Assembly (NCBI RefSeq): GCF_009914755.1
Contig: NC_060932.1
Length of the DNA stretch: 64,000 bases
Direction: 5' to 3' (one strand)
Origin: the human T2T-CHM13v2.0 reference genome, Homo sapiens
The notes under the pieces were generated by a model that saw nothing but the letters and a program-made list of their open reading frames with translations, was not told where the DNA came from and did no database searches. The stretch's first letter is position 1. Each line of letters opens with the position of its first letter. A program made the translations under genes and the position numbers. Below, in pieces: positions 1 to 24,611 of this stretch.

Positions 1-8
1 TTTGTTTT

Positions 9-1147
<1,139 letters not shown>

Positions 1148-1886
1148 TCATTTCATGGCCCAGACTGAAGTGCAGTGGCTATTCACAGGCATGATCATTG
1201 CTCACTGCAGCCTTGAATTCTTGGGCTCAAGTGATCTTTCTGCCTCAGCTTCCTGAGTAACTGGGGCTACAGGCTTGTGCCACTATGCTCAGCTTTTTTT
1301 TTTTCTAAGTACGTAATTTTATATGTACTTACCACTAATTTAAGCTCAAATTCACACCGAGTTGTGTAATCCCTTCACTATACATTGAAAACACTAGGTA
1401 TTTTGTCAGTTTCATTCCCCTCCCGTCCAAATACCACATTTTTGGGGTGATCTAGATCTAGCTTTGAGAACCTCTTCTCCAAGATAGTGAGAAGGCCTGT
1501 GTCAGGCATTACCCCGTTATGTCACACATGGACCCTCTCAGTGTAGCTGCTCAGCCCCGAGAGCATGTCCATGTCTGTCAGGGAGCTCTGCAGGCTGTCC
1601 TCCCTTGTCCCCTGCAGCTGTTACTGGCTTGGTGTTCTACCACCTTCGTTCCCTGTTCTTATGGATCACTGGAAACCACGGAAGAGCATTTATTTTCCTG
1701 GAGGTGAGAAGAGCTCGGTGTTTAAAAATGTAACAGCTTTTCTTTTCATCACCCAGGAATGGTTTGCATACTTCTAAAGGGTAGTAAGTCAACTAAGGTT
1801 TACAAAATAAGGTTACTTTCTTACATCACTTGTAAGTTCTCAATTGATTTAATGAGCCATTCCTACTGAATTCAATACCATCTTAG

Positions 1887-2185
<299 letters not shown>

Positions 2186-2219
2186 TGATGAGGATGGTCT
2201 CGATCTCTTGACCTTGTGA

Positions 2220-2432
<213 letters not shown>

Positions 2433-2848
2433 TGAAAAATGTCTTTAGCTTACAAAGTAGTTGTCTAGTTTGATTGGGTGTATAACTCTAGGTTATAAAT
2501 CTAGTTTGGAGATACTTTACCCTGAGAATTTTGAAGGCACTACTCCATCGTCCTCGCTTTTAGATTTACTGTTGAAAGATCTAAAGCTGTTTTAATTTCT
2601 GATTCCAGAATCTTTGTATGTCTCTCCTCACCCTGTCCTGCCCCTTTGGGAGCTTTGGGAGTTTTTCTTTACTGTTGTCTTCTGAAATTTTATTTGTTCT
2701 TTATTCCTTCCTGCATCCCTCACTATTCTATATGAGATTATTTTCCCTTTGCCTGAAGAACTGCTTGTAATATGTCCTTTAGTGTGGACTCTGCTGGTGA
2801 CAAATTCTTTTAATTTTTATCTAAAAATGTTTTCCAACTTGCCTTTAA

Positions 2849-3106
<258 letters not shown>

Positions 3107-3476
3107 TAAAGGCAGGGTCTCACTGTGTTGCCAAGGCTGGTCTCGAACTCCTGGGCTCAAGTGATTCTCCTACCTCAGCCTCCGAAAGTGCTGGTGTGAG
3201 GCACTGTGCCCAGCCTATTTTATTTTTATTTTTGTAGAGATGCAGTTTGACTGTGTTGCCAAGGCTGACCTCGAAATCCTGGCCTTAAGTTATCCTCCTT
3301 CTACATCGGCCCCCTAAAGTGCTAGGATTACAGGTGTGAGCTATTGCACCTGGCCCTTGGTTTACATTGTTCCTGTTGACAAATCAATCACCAGTGATAC
3401 TGTTATCTTTTTAATTTTTTTTTATTTTTGTCTTTGGCTTTCGAAGTTTTACTGTAATGCATCTAGTTGTGATTTC

Positions 3477-3720
3477 TGTTAAAAAAAAATTCATGGCACT
3501 TGTTAAAGAATGATAAGGCAGACTTTATTCAGAACCAGTGCAATGGGCACAAGGACCCCTGCAGTGGGGATTTACAGTATGGGAGAGAGATTGGGCTCAA
3601 CTCAGAATACAACAAGGAAAAGTGGGAATTTATAGTCTAGGAGAAGGATCGGGGTCAGTGGATGAAAAATTACTGATAGGAACCATTTGGAGTCAGGGGG
3701 TTTCACCAAATTTTTACAGT
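3477..3720 (-). mobile_element. ERV LTR fragment (MER31-like, family tentative)
   Basis: Starts TGTT, contains CTTTATT (reverse poly(A) signal) and GAGAGATTGGGCTCAACTC..GTGGGAATTTATAG; recognised from memory of the LTR consensus. Confidence 0.55.
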
Positions 3721-5118
3721 TGGGTTGCTGGTCTAATGGGCCTCCAACCATAGGCTCTCAGGAAAGGCCTAAATTGGTATGAAGCCTTATCTGGCTTCTA
3801 AAGAGCACTGTTTTCTATGTTGAGCAGAAAAGACAGTCCGGAACAAACAAAAATGCCTTATATGTATAGACAGCAGTAAAAGCAAAGCAAGCAAATGAAA
3901 AACAGAATTGACTGGGTGCAGTGACTCATGCTGATAATCCCAGCATTTTGGAAGGCTGAGGAGGGTGGATTGGTTGAGCCCAAGAGTTCGAAACCAGCCT
4001 GGGCAACATGGCAAAATCCTGTCTCTACAAAAAATACAAAAATTAGCTGGGCATGGCGGCACACATCTGTTATCCCAGCTACTCGGGAGGCCGAGGTGGG
4101 AGAATCATCTGAGCTGGAATGTCAAGGCTGCAGTGAGTGTGAGCCATAATCGCACCACTGCACTCCAGCCTGGCCAATGGAGTGAGACCCTATTTAAAAA
4201 AAAAAAAAGATAATGGCAAAAATATTTTCAAATGATATACTTTCAAAACAAAAAGGCTAATGACCTCACACAAAGATCTAGGTCTGATTATATGCTGGAG
4301 GCTGTACTTCTAAACCAAAAGGTCTATTTTACGTAAGGAAGTAAGGCTGATTGGCTTACATAAAGACCTAAGGCTAATGACAAAGGCCTGTTTGATTATA
4401 AATATTGGGATTCAGCAACTAGAGCTTAATGAAACTAGTCACACCTCAGATGGTTGTTGGGATTGACTCACTTGACAGCAGATCTGAAGAACAAAGAGTT
4501 AAACACAAGGGCCCAGTGAGTGGATTGTTGGTCTGAGAATCTGTGGAATGTTGCCTGGGAAGTTTTCAAAATTATCTTGGTTGGACCTTCAGAATTGTCA
4601 GAGGATGGTGAGACCTCTGTTCTATCGGAAATAAAAATAAAGCTGAATTTCTTGCTTACTGCAGTTAGAGACTATTGGTCTTCTATAGAATATTTGAGAA
4701 GAGTATAGTTCAGGGATTGCAGACTTGCAGATGGACAAGTAGGTCAGCATCTTCTGAGGAAGGGTGGTTACTCAGGCGAGACTCTTGTGAGTTGATTTGC
4801 CCTGAGAGGTATGCGTATTGGATTAAGTCATCAGTGATTGGCTGGCTTATAGAAACAAGGGGATGACGTTGATTAGTTGGCTTGCAAAAGTGTGTTTGCT
4901 GAATAAATTGATGTAGATTGATTTAACAGGCTTAAAACCCATTCTTATGGCTACTTATTACTATGGTGACAGAGTAATCCATCTTTTCCAGTTTGTGGGA
5001 ATTTTATTTTATTCTCAGGAGTATATGAATATTTGTTTTCATTTAGTTTTATGGTTTAGTTTCTTAGATATTAATCTTAAATTCATAAAGATTTTTCTAA
5101 AATTGGCTAGCAAGCTAA

Positions 5119-5361
<243 letters not shown>

Positions 5362-5559
5362 TGAACTCCTGACCTCAGGTGATCCACGCACCTCGGCTTC
5401 CCAAAGTGCTGGGATTGCAAGCGTGAGCCACCGCGCCCAGTCAATGATCTTTTTTCTTACAAATTTGAAATACCACCTTATTCTACACTCAGTATTAATC
5501 TGTTTGAGTCTATTTCCAGATCTTTTATTCTGTTCCATTAATTTCTTTTTTTCAGATGT

Positions 5560-8240
<2,681 letters not shown>

Positions 8241-9887
8241 TGAGTAGCTGGGACTACAGGCGCGCACCCCCACGCCCAGTTAATTTTTGTATTTTTAGTA
8301 GAAATGGGTTTCATCATGTTGGCCAGGATGGTCTCGATCTCTTGACATCATGATCCGCCCACCTCGGCCTCCCAAAGTGCTGGGATTACAGGTGTGAGCT
8401 ACTGCGCCCAGCCTATTTTTCTGATTTCTTTTTTTAAACTAACCTATCCATATTGAGACTAAAGACTCTGTTATTTCTGTGGCGTGCGGCTGCTGATGTC
8501 TTTGCTCGGTTTTTCCTTATTATCATTTTTTAACCTGGCTTCCTAGTGATCACCCCCTTGTCTGTAGAGCTTAGTCATTCGGATAATGATTTGGAGAGCA
8601 GTTATACTCAAACCCCATGACTCCATAAGGCTTCCATCTCTGCTAATGGATTTGTGTGTAGATTGAAGAATGCTTTCAAAATTAAATGTAGTTCTCCCAT
8701 CTTTTTTGGCTTTTAACTCTCAGCTGAGATTTCTTGGCTCTCTTCTAAGCATAGATGGTTTCCCAGTCAGCCAAGGATGTGTGGCCTTCTATGGCTTTCT
8801 GATTACCAGGATTTAGCCCTTAAATTTCTAGTTGATGCACTGCCCACCTCAACTTAGACAACAAATCTAGGCTAACAGAACTTTGCTTTTCTCCATTGCC
8901 ACTTGTAGTTGGCTTGCCATGGGTTCCCATCCCTACCCCTAGATTAAGTTTTCTCTATCTCAAAAGGTTGTACACTTTTTGGTTCTATTTCTGTAGGAGT
9001 CTCAAAATGACAAAGCTAGAGAATAGACTGGTAGTTACCAGATCTAGGGAAGGAGGGGGAGTGTGAATATAAAGGGCAGCAGGAAATAGTCCCTTGGTGG
9101 TGACATGCAACAGTTTGGTATCTGATTGTGGTAACCTATAGATGTGAGGAAACTGTATACACATACAAACACACCAGTGTATGTAAGTAACAATGAAAAT
9201 GGAGTAAGATCTGTAGTCTAGTTAATGATATTATAGCAATGGCAGTTTTGTACATGAGACTCTATGTCCACATTTTGCAACTTTCTATGATTTGATGAGT
9301 ATTTCAAAGTACGAAATTTTAAACAATTAATTTTAATTAATTTAGGGACAGGGCCTTACTTTGTCACCCAGGATGGAGTGCAGTGATGCTATCATAGCTC
9401 ACTGTAGCCTCAAACTCCTGGGTTCAAGCCGTCTTCCCACCTCCCTCAGTCTCTGGAGTATCTGGGACTACAAGGTACGCCACTACACCTGGCTAATTTT
9501 TTAAGTTTTTTAGAGATGGGGTCTCGCCATGTTGCCCAGGCTGATGTCAATATCCTGGGCTCAAGCAATCCTCCCACCTTAGCCTCTCGAATAGCTGGGA
9601 CTACAACTGTGAGCCATCATGCCTGGTAGGCCTATATTCTCTTATTTCCTGCAGTTCAGGCCCTCTTAAGCTTTTTCCTTTTTTTTCCCCCACCAAGGAA
9701 ATAAGGTATCACTATGTTGCCCAGGCTGGTCTCCAACTTCTGGGTTCAAGCAGTCCTCCTGCCTCTGCCTCCTAAAATGCTGGGATTACAAGCGTGAGCC
9801 ACTGCATCTGGCCAAGAGTCCCATCTTTTAACACAACTGGAGCCTTCTGGTGCTATATAGCTGTGATTAGATTCCTCAATTACTTGA

Positions 9888-10145
<258 letters not shown>

Positions 10146-10689
10146 TAGCAAGAAGAGACTGGGTTTGGGCCTCAGGGTGGGGGTTGGATGTAGTCCACGT
10201 TCTCCAGCAGATATTGAGTTCTGCAATAGCATACCACTTGACACTTTTCAAAATAATTGAATTGGTAATGTGTCTAACACTGAATGAGCTTGTTTGTGGG
10301 ATTTGACTTGAGTATGCTACCATTATATCTTCAATTATTTTAGTAATTTGGAAGTTACTATATAAATTAAGGGCTTTGAATTGTTTTTCTGATTTTATTA
10401 GAAGTCTGGAGAGATTAAATTCAAGTCATTAATCATTTGACTGTCATTTCATGTTTCTATTGCCTGAACCCTTTAGCCTGATGTTTTTAACAAAGTCTTT
10501 CTTGAACTTTTAGCCTTATTTCTCCTATATTTAATTGCAACATAATTTGAGCCTGCTTTTTCCTGTTATAAATATATTATGATCGGTTTGCAGTGGCTCC
10601 TTGACAAGAGTATTATGCAAATTATATACCTCAGTCCTGGTTAAGAGACTCAGACTATGGTGCTCTAAGAGTATTGATGCTGCTTCTGA

Positions 10690-10836
<147 letters not shown>

Positions 10837-11107
10837 TAAGTTCTTCATCCTGTCAGCTGCTTTTAGCCGTCCTCATGGCTTTGTGGGAGCTGTGGAGTAG
10901 CAATCGTAGTGTAGTTGCGGAAAGCTGTGCAAGTGTTTGTCTGTCTCATCCAGCCAGAGGCACCACTCACACTGGTAAGATCTGCTTTAGAAGTCCCCAC
11001 GAGGCGGAACTAAATATCCACATAAGCTATTAGGTTAAAGAGTTAAGGAGAATTTCCAGTGAAGGAAGATTAAAACTCTGAATCCATGAGGAAAGGTATA
11101 GATATTC

Positions 11108-11109
11108 AT

Positions 11110-11152
<43 letters not shown>

Positions 11153-11434
11153 TTTGACGGAGTCTGGCTCTGTCACCCAGGCTGTAGTGCAGCAGCGCAA
11201 TCTCAGCTCACTGCAAGCTCCGCCTCCCGGGTTCACATCATTCTCCTGCCTCAGCCTCCTGAGTAGCTGGGACTACAGGAGCCCGCCACCACCCCCGGCT
11301 AATTTTTTGTATTTTTAATAGAGACGGGGTTTCACCGTGTTAGCCAGGATAGTCTCGATCTCCTGACCTCGTGATTTGCCCGCCTCGGCCTCCTAAAGTG
11401 CTGGGATTACAGGCGTGAGCCACTGCGCCTGGCC
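11108..11434 (-). mobile_element. AluY with (TTTA)n tail
   Basis: CTGCAAGCTCCGCC and TTCACCGTGTTAGCCAGGAT diagnostics; tail converted to about 12 TTTA units; degenerate TSD tagatattcatt/tagacatttact. Confidence 0.9.
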
Positions 11435-11824
11435 TAGACATTTACTTTAACAGGGCCAGAGGCTTAAGGAAGGTACCTTGTTACCTGACTCCTCTGTCTT
11501 AAATGTGAAGATTGAAGACCAGTAGGATACAGTGAGACTGAAGCACACTGCTTAGCAATAGGAGGCATTGTCTTAACCATTGTCTTGAGGCCCAAGAGGG
11601 ACAGATTTTTTTTTTTCTAGTTTTTACTCTCCTTTGACAGTTTTAGTATTTTTCCTTTGACCTAATACAACAGGCTGTATGTACAGTGACTGAGGGAGAA
11701 AGGTTAAAATACTTCTAGCATTTCACTGCTCTCTCCTCCAGGATTTTATACTCCTTAGTGTGCAAGGTATATCACTGCAGGAGCAGCCCTGGCCATGACA
11801 TGTCCTGTATGGTCGGGAACATGA

Positions 11825-11998
<174 letters not shown>

Positions 11999-12024
11999 TG
12001 AGGCAGCCTTTTGGTTAACAGTTT

Positions 12025-12200
12025 GAGTTAGAACCGAGCCACGTTCCAACTCTGATGTTGGCTTGCATTGTAACCTGGGCCTGTCCATTCTTCCAGCCTC
12101 CAGTTTTCTCCTCTGTAAAACATGATCCATGTCCCTTCCCACACACGATGTGAAAAAGCATATCAGAACTTCCTTTTGAAGGTCGTTAGAACAGTAGAGG
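12025..12200 (+). mobile_element. MIR fragment
   Basis: Core-like gcctccagttttctcctctgtaaaa. Confidence 0.5.
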
Positions 12201-13869
12201 GACTGGATTATAAAATAAGAAGAAACGAACAACTCTGTCTTCATCCTCACCAGTCAGGTGGATAATTGTAAACTGGTCATATGACCATGGGTGAGGTTCT
12301 TTGAGAGCACTGAGTTATTGTAACATTTCTAAAGCCTTCAGTTTATTTGAAGGCATGGAGAAGATAATGAGGCAAAAAGCAAATAAGTCAGGAGATGAGG
12401 ATGGTTTATCTTGTGGGGCCCTGAGTGTCCTGGGGGTGTTGGGCTCAGCTCCTGTGGGCAGGGCTGAGTAGCACAGATGGGTACAGCACCTAGCACCTAG
12501 GTGGCGTGAGTCCAGACCCCAGAGCCGGCCCGCCACACACTGTCTGGGGCTGTCCACGCTTGAACTCCTCTCTGCTGCCTCACTTTCCAGTCCATGTCTG
12601 TCTTAGACCCATATGCCACATACAGTTTTTAGTAACATCATAAAGAAAGAGCTTGAAGTGAAGCTCCAAATTCCTATGAGAGATTTTTTTCATGTTTACC
12701 TTCCAGTTCTTCTACTTTCACCTACCTTGTAGGTCAAGGCCTTTTCTATACAACTCCCAGTTGCCTGATGACTTTATGATCACAGAGCTGTATCTACCCC
12801 TGTAGACTTACTGACCCTAATGACTACCTCAGAGGGAATAACAGCTGTGCAATTCATTCATCTCAGAAGAATAAAGAAAGAACTCACTTATGTGATTCAG
12901 AATCTTCCTGCATACCTGTTAGATTTTACTCAACAATATTTAGCAAGTACCTATAAATGAGTCAAACACCATGACAAGTTCTGGGCAAAAAAGTGACTTA
13001 TGGTAACATCAAATGACTAGTATGCTATGGCATATAGTGTTAGAATGAATATGGTTTTCTATTTTGTTTGGCTGGATGCCTCACACATGGCATTTTTTAC
13101 ACATTTTTTCCCAAATTTTATTTCTTTTTCAATATTTGTTTTATTATACAGATGGGGTCTAGCTATGTTGCCCAGGCTGGTCTCAAATTCCTGGGCTCAA
13201 GTGATCTGCCTGTCTTGGCCTCCCAAAGTGCTGGGATTACAGGCGTGAGCCACTGTGCCAGGCCCCACATTTTAAGTAGGTGTAATCAAGCCCCTTTGTT
13301 CCTGTTTCATAGGCTCTTATAGGAATTTTAAAGTCAAAATATGCTTTGAGAAAGAAATAAGATCCACACATCATGAAAGAGAGAGTCGATGACATTTGAA
13401 ATTCTTTTATTATTCAATTTTTTTTTTTTTTTTTTTGGAGATAGTATCTTGCTCTGTTGCCCAGGCCGGAGGGCAGTGGTACAATCATGGCTCACTGCAG
13501 CCTCAATCCCTTGGGCTCAAGTGATCCTCCTGCCTCAGCCTCCTGAGTAGCTAGGAGTACAGGGCACGCACCACCATACCTGGCTAATTTTTAAAAGTTT
13601 TTTATAGAGACAGAGTCTTGCCCATGTTGCCCATGTTGGTCTCGAACACCTGGGCTCAAGCGATCCACCCACCTCATCCTTCCAATCAATTTTTAACCTT
13701 ATATCACATTCACCTTCCTAAGAGATATATTTAATAAGTCCTTGAAGATGTTTGAAAATTTCTGCTGATTTCAATGGGAAAGAGAAACATTTTAGACCTA
13801 CTGGGGTTTATTTAACTTCATATTGGTGAAGTTATCTTTATAAGTTATCTTTATTTTAATTCTGTTTAG

Positions 13870-14025
<156 letters not shown>

Positions 14026-14268
14026 TGATGGTGTATGCACATGTACAGAGACACGTGTGCAATATTTATGTGACTTTCCTTTTGTTGTCAGTATATTTTG
14101 AATGTTTGTCCATGTCATTTAATATTTTTCTAAGTTTTTTTTTTTTTTTTGAGACAGAGTCTTATTGGGATTACAGGTATGAACCTCTGTGCGTGGTCAT
14201 ATTTTTCTAAGTATTTCTAATGGCTGCCTGATACTTTTTATTAACGGTTTTCTATCCTTTTACATTCA

Positions 14269-14367
<99 letters not shown>

Positions 14368-14483
14368 TCACCTTAGGTCAGGAGTTCGAGAAGAGCCTGG
14401 CCAGCATGGTAAAACCCCATATCTACTAAAAACACAAAAATTAGCTGAGTGTCGAGGCACGAGCCTGTAATACCAGCTACTCA

Positions 14484-14597
<114 letters not shown>

Positions 14598-14917
14598 TTA
14601 ACTAATTTAAAAAAATAACGATGCAGTGTACATCCTTACAACTGAATCTTTGTGTGTGTTATTTATTTTTTTGAGACGGATTCCAAGTGATTCTCCTGTC
14701 TCAGCCTCCCGAATAGTTGGAATTACAGGCGCACACCACCATGCCTGGCTAATTTTTGTATTTTTAGTAGAGACGGAGTTTCACCATGTTGCCATGGCTG
14801 GTCTCTCGAGCTCCTGACCTCAAATGATCCGCCTACCTTAGCCTCCCAAAGTGTTAGGATTACAGGTGTGAGCCACCACGCTAGCCCTTGTTTATTTTCT
14901 TTTTTCTGTTTTTTTAA

Positions 14918-15133
<216 letters not shown>

Positions 15134-15257
15134 TGATCCACCCGCCTTGGCCTCCCAAAGTGCTGGGATTACAGGTGTTAGCCACCACACCCGGCCCCCT
15201 TGGATATTAAGTCCAATTTATGAAGGTAAAATAATTTAGGGACATTTATGTTTTTAA

Positions 15258-15512
<255 letters not shown>

Positions 15513-15897
15513 TGATCTGCCCTCCTCGGCCTCCCAAAGTGCTGGGATTACAGGCGTGAGCCACGGTGCCCGGCCCCTTTAAAATATTTTTTGAAGATTG
15601 TTTTCCTTTATTCAGTCATTCTAAATAGACAATGTTTTCAAATCCCTTTCTTGGGATATCATGTGGAAGCTTCAATAATGAAAGACTAGTACCTATAATA
15701 ATTTTACCTGTATAAATGTAGGTTTTTATTGACAGGGACTTTCACTGCTAGAAGCTTTATTATTCTGCTAGTCTCAAAAGTTCTAACAGGGACAAGTGTC
15801 TGTGGTGGAGCTGAGCAGGCCTTATAGAGCAGTAGCAGTGTTTTTCTAAATAGCGTTTGAAAAGGCTCATGTCATAGATGGTTTATTTTCTGTTTAG

Positions 15898-16023
<126 letters not shown>

Positions 16024-16494
16024 TGAAGTGATAAAGAGAGGACCAGTATTCCCCAAAGTGTGGGAATTAGGAAGCAGGAATGATCTAGAGTCTTCTTTTT
16101 TGAGGGAAAGTACCAATTGAATCCCCATTCTGAATTACCTACTAACCAGGGATCCTTCAAACAGAGCAGTTGATGAGTTGTTAGAGGTAAGCCCTTTGCC
16201 TGACCATAGACTTAGGGAAAGGAAATAAATTGCTGTGGTAATTCACATAGTGCCAACCTGTTACCCACTCTCCCTTCTTTCTTTCTCTTTTCCCCCTCTT
16301 TTTCCCCGGGAGTATCTAGAGGGTATTTGTATCCGTGAAAGAAGTTAGATTAAAACAGTACCTCACCTAGGGAACTAATAATACACTAGCTATTTGTATC
16401 AAGGTACAAAATGGCATATAATTACTTCTCAGTGTTTTTGACCAACATGGACTTCATGGCCAGATATATAAAAACAGATATATAAAATGCATGT

Positions 16495-16920
16495 TTTTAA
16501 ATGTTTTATTGAAATATAAACGAAAAGCACACTTATAAACGTGTAACTTGATGAGTTTTTTTTTAATTAAATAGACCTGTGTAATCCACACCAAGGGTTA
16601 AGATGCAGAACTTTACCAGCACTCCAGAAGCCCCCTCCATTCTCCCAGTTCCTGCCTATCCCTTACCCCTCACACACCCAGTATAGCCACTGTCCTGACT
16701 TTTCACAGCACAGATTGATTTTACCAATTTCTGTACTTTACATATACATGGAATCATAGATTATATATTCTTCTGTGTCTGGCTTCTTTTCTTAAATTTG
16801 TGTTAGTGAGTTTCATCCTGTTGTTAGGCATGGTTGTTGCTCTTCCATTCTCATTACTGTATAACATTCCATTTTGAGAGTACGCCACAGTTTTCTTATC
16901 ATGTACGTTCATGTTAATAC
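16495..16920 (-). mobile_element. Old L1 3' end fragment (L1ME-like)
   Basis: ttttattgaaatataa...ctttaccagcactccagaagcccc...catggaatcata pattern. Confidence 0.65.
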
Positions 16921-17048
16921 AGGAGTTAGATAAGACAGGATTCAAGCAATGAGAGTGAAAAGTAATTTATTCTCTAGAATGAAATCTTAAGTATGAGTTT
17001 GGGATATTTAAATTGTGAGAAATACTAAAAGCTCTTGGTTGTTCCTAG

Positions 17049-17246
<198 letters not shown>

Positions 17247-17879
17247 TAATTCAAATAAATTTATAGGATGTCCATTTTAAATTACTTAAATACTTAATTT
17301 TAATGTATCATGGTTATCAGTCTGCTGTTGATGATGCCCTAGAACTTGTCTTACCCATGCGCACATGAAATACTGATTGAAAAGTGTTCTTTATGCCCTT
17401 TGGTTAATTTTGCTTCTCTCACTCTGTGTTGGCACCCTCACTTACTCTAGTCTTCTTTTTCTTACGTAACTGGCTGAGAGAATAGCTGACTTAACTGTGG
17501 TTCATTATCTGTAGAACATGTTGTGCTCAGAAAGCAGCAGCTTGGGTTAGGTGCCGTCTTGCACGATTCACTACTGAGCTGCCTCAGTCCGGCCTGGTTC
17601 AAGATTAAAATTACTCTGGTGATGAACTTGGCAGATGGCCCATTGATTGGGTCCTGATGACTGATCAGGAACACTAGAGCTGGCCAGGTCATAGCACTCA
17701 CAACTTAGTTATTCAGGCTTTTCAGTTCTTACCTGTTTGTAAATAAAATAGAACAAGAGGAATAGGGAGAGAAAAAAGCAAGGGGAAGGCTTTTGGAAGT
17801 AATTAGCCCTTGAATTGAACATTCTGGTAAATTGTTCTGGTGAGTTCAATCCTAGAATTCAATCATCTTGGCATCATAG

Positions 17880-18368
<489 letters not shown>

Positions 18369-20161
18369 TAAAAAAAAAAATTATAGAGGTAGGGTTTCAC
18401 TATGTTGCCCAGGCTGGTCTCGAGCTTCTGGCCCCAAGTGATCCTGCTGCCTCAACCTCCCAAAGCAGTGAGATTACAGGCGTGAGTCACCATGCCCAGC
18501 AACATTCTGTTTTTGATCTGGCACTCTTGGTGTATCATTCACAACAGCACACTTGTGTTCTTTCTTTGGTGTGTTTCTCTCTCTCTTTTTTTAGACACAA
18601 AGTCTTGACTCTGTTGCTCAGGCTAAAGTACAGTGGCATGATCATAGCTGACTGTAACATGAAACTTGAGGGCCCAAGGGATCCTCCTGCCTCAGCCTTC
18701 TGAGTAGCTGTAACTGTACACGTGCACCACCACTCCTGGCTAATTTTTAAATTTTTTGTAGAGATGGGGTCTCCTTCTGTTGCCCAGGCTGATCTCAAAC
18801 TCCCAGCCTCAATCAGTCCTCCCACCTCCACCTCCCAAAGTGCTGGGATTACAGGTGTGAGCCACTGCACCCAGCCTGTGCATTCTCTATAATTCCATCC
18901 TGATCTACCATGCCTGTCATACTCTACCATGGCCTCCCTCAGACCTGATCATAGATAAGTTCTGCTCTGCTTTCAAAAGAATAACCCAGCCCAGTACATC
19001 AGCTCCCCCATTTCACAACTTGTGTTCCCTTTTTGAGAGGGTACAACTGACAGTTTTCATGTGGCATGGATGTGAATTTCATTCATATCGCTTACCAACT
19101 TATCTCATAGCGGCCTTGCTCTGTCTGTTCATCTTTAAGGCATTCCATTATCATCTCTATGAGGAATCACAAACTCGTATGTCTCCAGGAGCCTGATAAG
19201 GAGTATAAATGAGTGAAGTGGGCCAGGAGGGGAGTGAAATGAACTAAAGAGGGTAACTCCTGTGACTGGAGATATAAACCCAGGATTGCCAAAATGATTC
19301 TTAATGTGCTTGTTTGTTGGTAAAGGCCAAAAACCTGGAATTGCATATGTGTGTATCTTCCTATGTTTAAATGTTAATTTAAACAAACATAAACACTTTT
19401 AAGTCATTGTAGGGCCTGAAAAAACGCACCTGTTTGCTGTGTCCAGTCCATAGGCTCCCAGTGCGCAGCTCTGTTCTCATGCCTTTGGAAATGCTTGGTG
19501 TCGTTGCTCAATGTGTCCTCTGAACAGTCTTAACATTACACCAATCTTGATTTGGAGTAGGGTACCACTGATTTACCATTTGTAGCAGTTTCTGGCTTAA
19601 AGGGTTGGCAACCTTCTTTCACTTGAGTGCTGCTTTTCTTTATTCAGGCTTTGAAAGGTCCTCTTTTTTCAATATTGGATTCCTTCAGCAGTGAGGAATA
19701 GATGATACTGACATGCTGTGCTGCTGACAATATCATTCTGTCTCTTCACCAGAGTTAGGAGTGGCTGCTCATGAATTTGGCAATAGCTTCATTCCAGTTT
19801 GCATTTAGTTCTGAATGCTTTCTTGTAGTATTGCATTCCCTGTTTCCTTGGTTAAAGTTCTGTGGTATGAGTGTAATAAGTTGTTTAGTAAACCAAAGAG
19901 AGTAGTAAAAAACATTATACTGAATTGGAAGCAGCAAGTAATGTAAACCTTGCATGCATTCAAACCTGGTCCTTTTCCAGCCATCTGAGTCTTCTAATAG
20001 ATAAATCTTTTGGTAATCAGGGCCAGCTCTGGGTAATTAATAGTAACATATTACCTATCTATACAGAACAGCCCTGAGCCAAAGAATGCTAATTCAGCTC
20101 CAAGGACCTTGTTCTGGTTGGAATGTCCACCCTCTTTATTTCAGTTCCCTGTCTTCCTTAA

Positions 20162-20509
<348 letters not shown>

Positions 20510-20964
20510 TAGAGCAACCTGGCAAAGAGTAGATTGCTCTTCATAAGCTGCCCTCATGCTTCCAAATGAACAGTTTCGCTTGTTCCGAGGTTGAGTCACC
20601 AGGTGGTTTCATGTGACTGAGTTCTGAGAGTGAATATAGGCTTCATTCTGAAAGGGGAAAGCTATTTTTCCTATGGGAGTTAAAAAAGCATTCCACTCTG
20701 CGTGAGATCCTTTTGAAAGTTTTCATTTGTTGGTTTTATTTTGTTTTGGGTTTGTGGTGTGTGTGTATGTGTGTGTGTGTGTGTTGTATTTTGCCCATGT
20801 GCATGCATGCCTAGAAACCCTAGAATTAGAATTATTAATGCGAAATGTGTTATCTTCTAACTTGAGTTTCTTAAACAAATGTAATGTTTACTTTAGAGTT
20901 CAGATTTTCTGAGAGGTTGATAGTGACCTGCTTCTCCTGACACCTTTTGGTCCCTTCATTATAG

Positions 20965-21186
<222 letters not shown>

Positions 21187-21189
21187 TAG

Positions 21190-21992
<803 letters not shown>

Positions 21993-22180
21993 AGATCTTA
22001 ACTGTGCTTATTGTGTTTAAAAAATGTCAAGTTGATTGTCTTTTTTTTTTCTTTCCCAGAACTTACTTTCATGTATAAACAGTAAGGGGAGGTTGCTTTG
22101 GGATTCAGACAGTAATTAAAAATGGAGGAATGCATTGCTCAGGTCTGGGGTTTGGTTTTTGTTTTTGTTTTCTAAACTAG

Positions 22181-22270
<90 letters not shown>

Positions 22271-22409
22271 TAAGTACTGCTCACAGTGCCATCTTGTTTG
22301 ATTATTTCATTTTAGTGCCTAATCTTATTATAAATCCAGCAAATCTTTTTAGCATTATGTATTACAATATAAAGATTTCTAAACATTTTCTTCCTCTATC
22401 TTCATGTGA

Positions 22410-22718
<309 letters not shown>

Positions 22719-22788
22719 TGAAATTTGTTTATGCAACTTTTTTTTTTTTTGAGACTGGGATTTACTCCACTGGAGTGCAGTGGCATGA

Positions 22789-23046
<258 letters not shown>

Positions 23047-23553
23047 TGAATGTGCTTCCCAGCTGAAGAGCGACCTCCTCCAAGGCTGGGGCTGTGCTGC
23101 CTTGTTGTTGGCATTTTTCCCCCAGAAATGAGGTTTTTTTGATTGTTTGTTCCAACTGTAAAAATAAGCCATGCTCATCCCAAATATCTGCAGAAATTGA
23201 GAAAGTGAGAATTCCTCATGGTCCAGCTTTTATTCATATTAACAGTTGCCAAAGGTTTGATGTATATATACTTTCAGATTCTCTTCTATGCCTATATTAA
23301 CACATACATGTGATATATATCTCTGAAACACACACACACACATATATATATTTGTACAAATGGGATATTGCTAGGCATACTATTCCTTAGCTTAATATGC
23401 AGTTAAACTGTACATTTTCCTGTATCATTACAAATAAATCTCCACCAACTCAACTGCTGCTCAGAATTTATTCTGTGTATCATTATTTAACCAATCCTCT
23501 CTTGGTGGATATCTTAAGTTGTTAAATTTTTTCTATTGGAGCAGTTTTTGTAG

Positions 23554-23896
<343 letters not shown>

Positions 23897-23986
23897 ACAA
23901 TTACACGTTTTTATGTTCTGCATATGACTTAAATATGTCTTTTCTCCATGTCACTACTTGTTCTTACATATAAATGCATTTTCTAG

Positions 23987-24611
<625 letters not shown>

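Noticed and set aside
4620-4990. Possible second LTR or promoter-like segment with ATTGG boxes
   Set aside because: LTR-like in texture, but I cannot assign a family or boundaries without a Dfam search.
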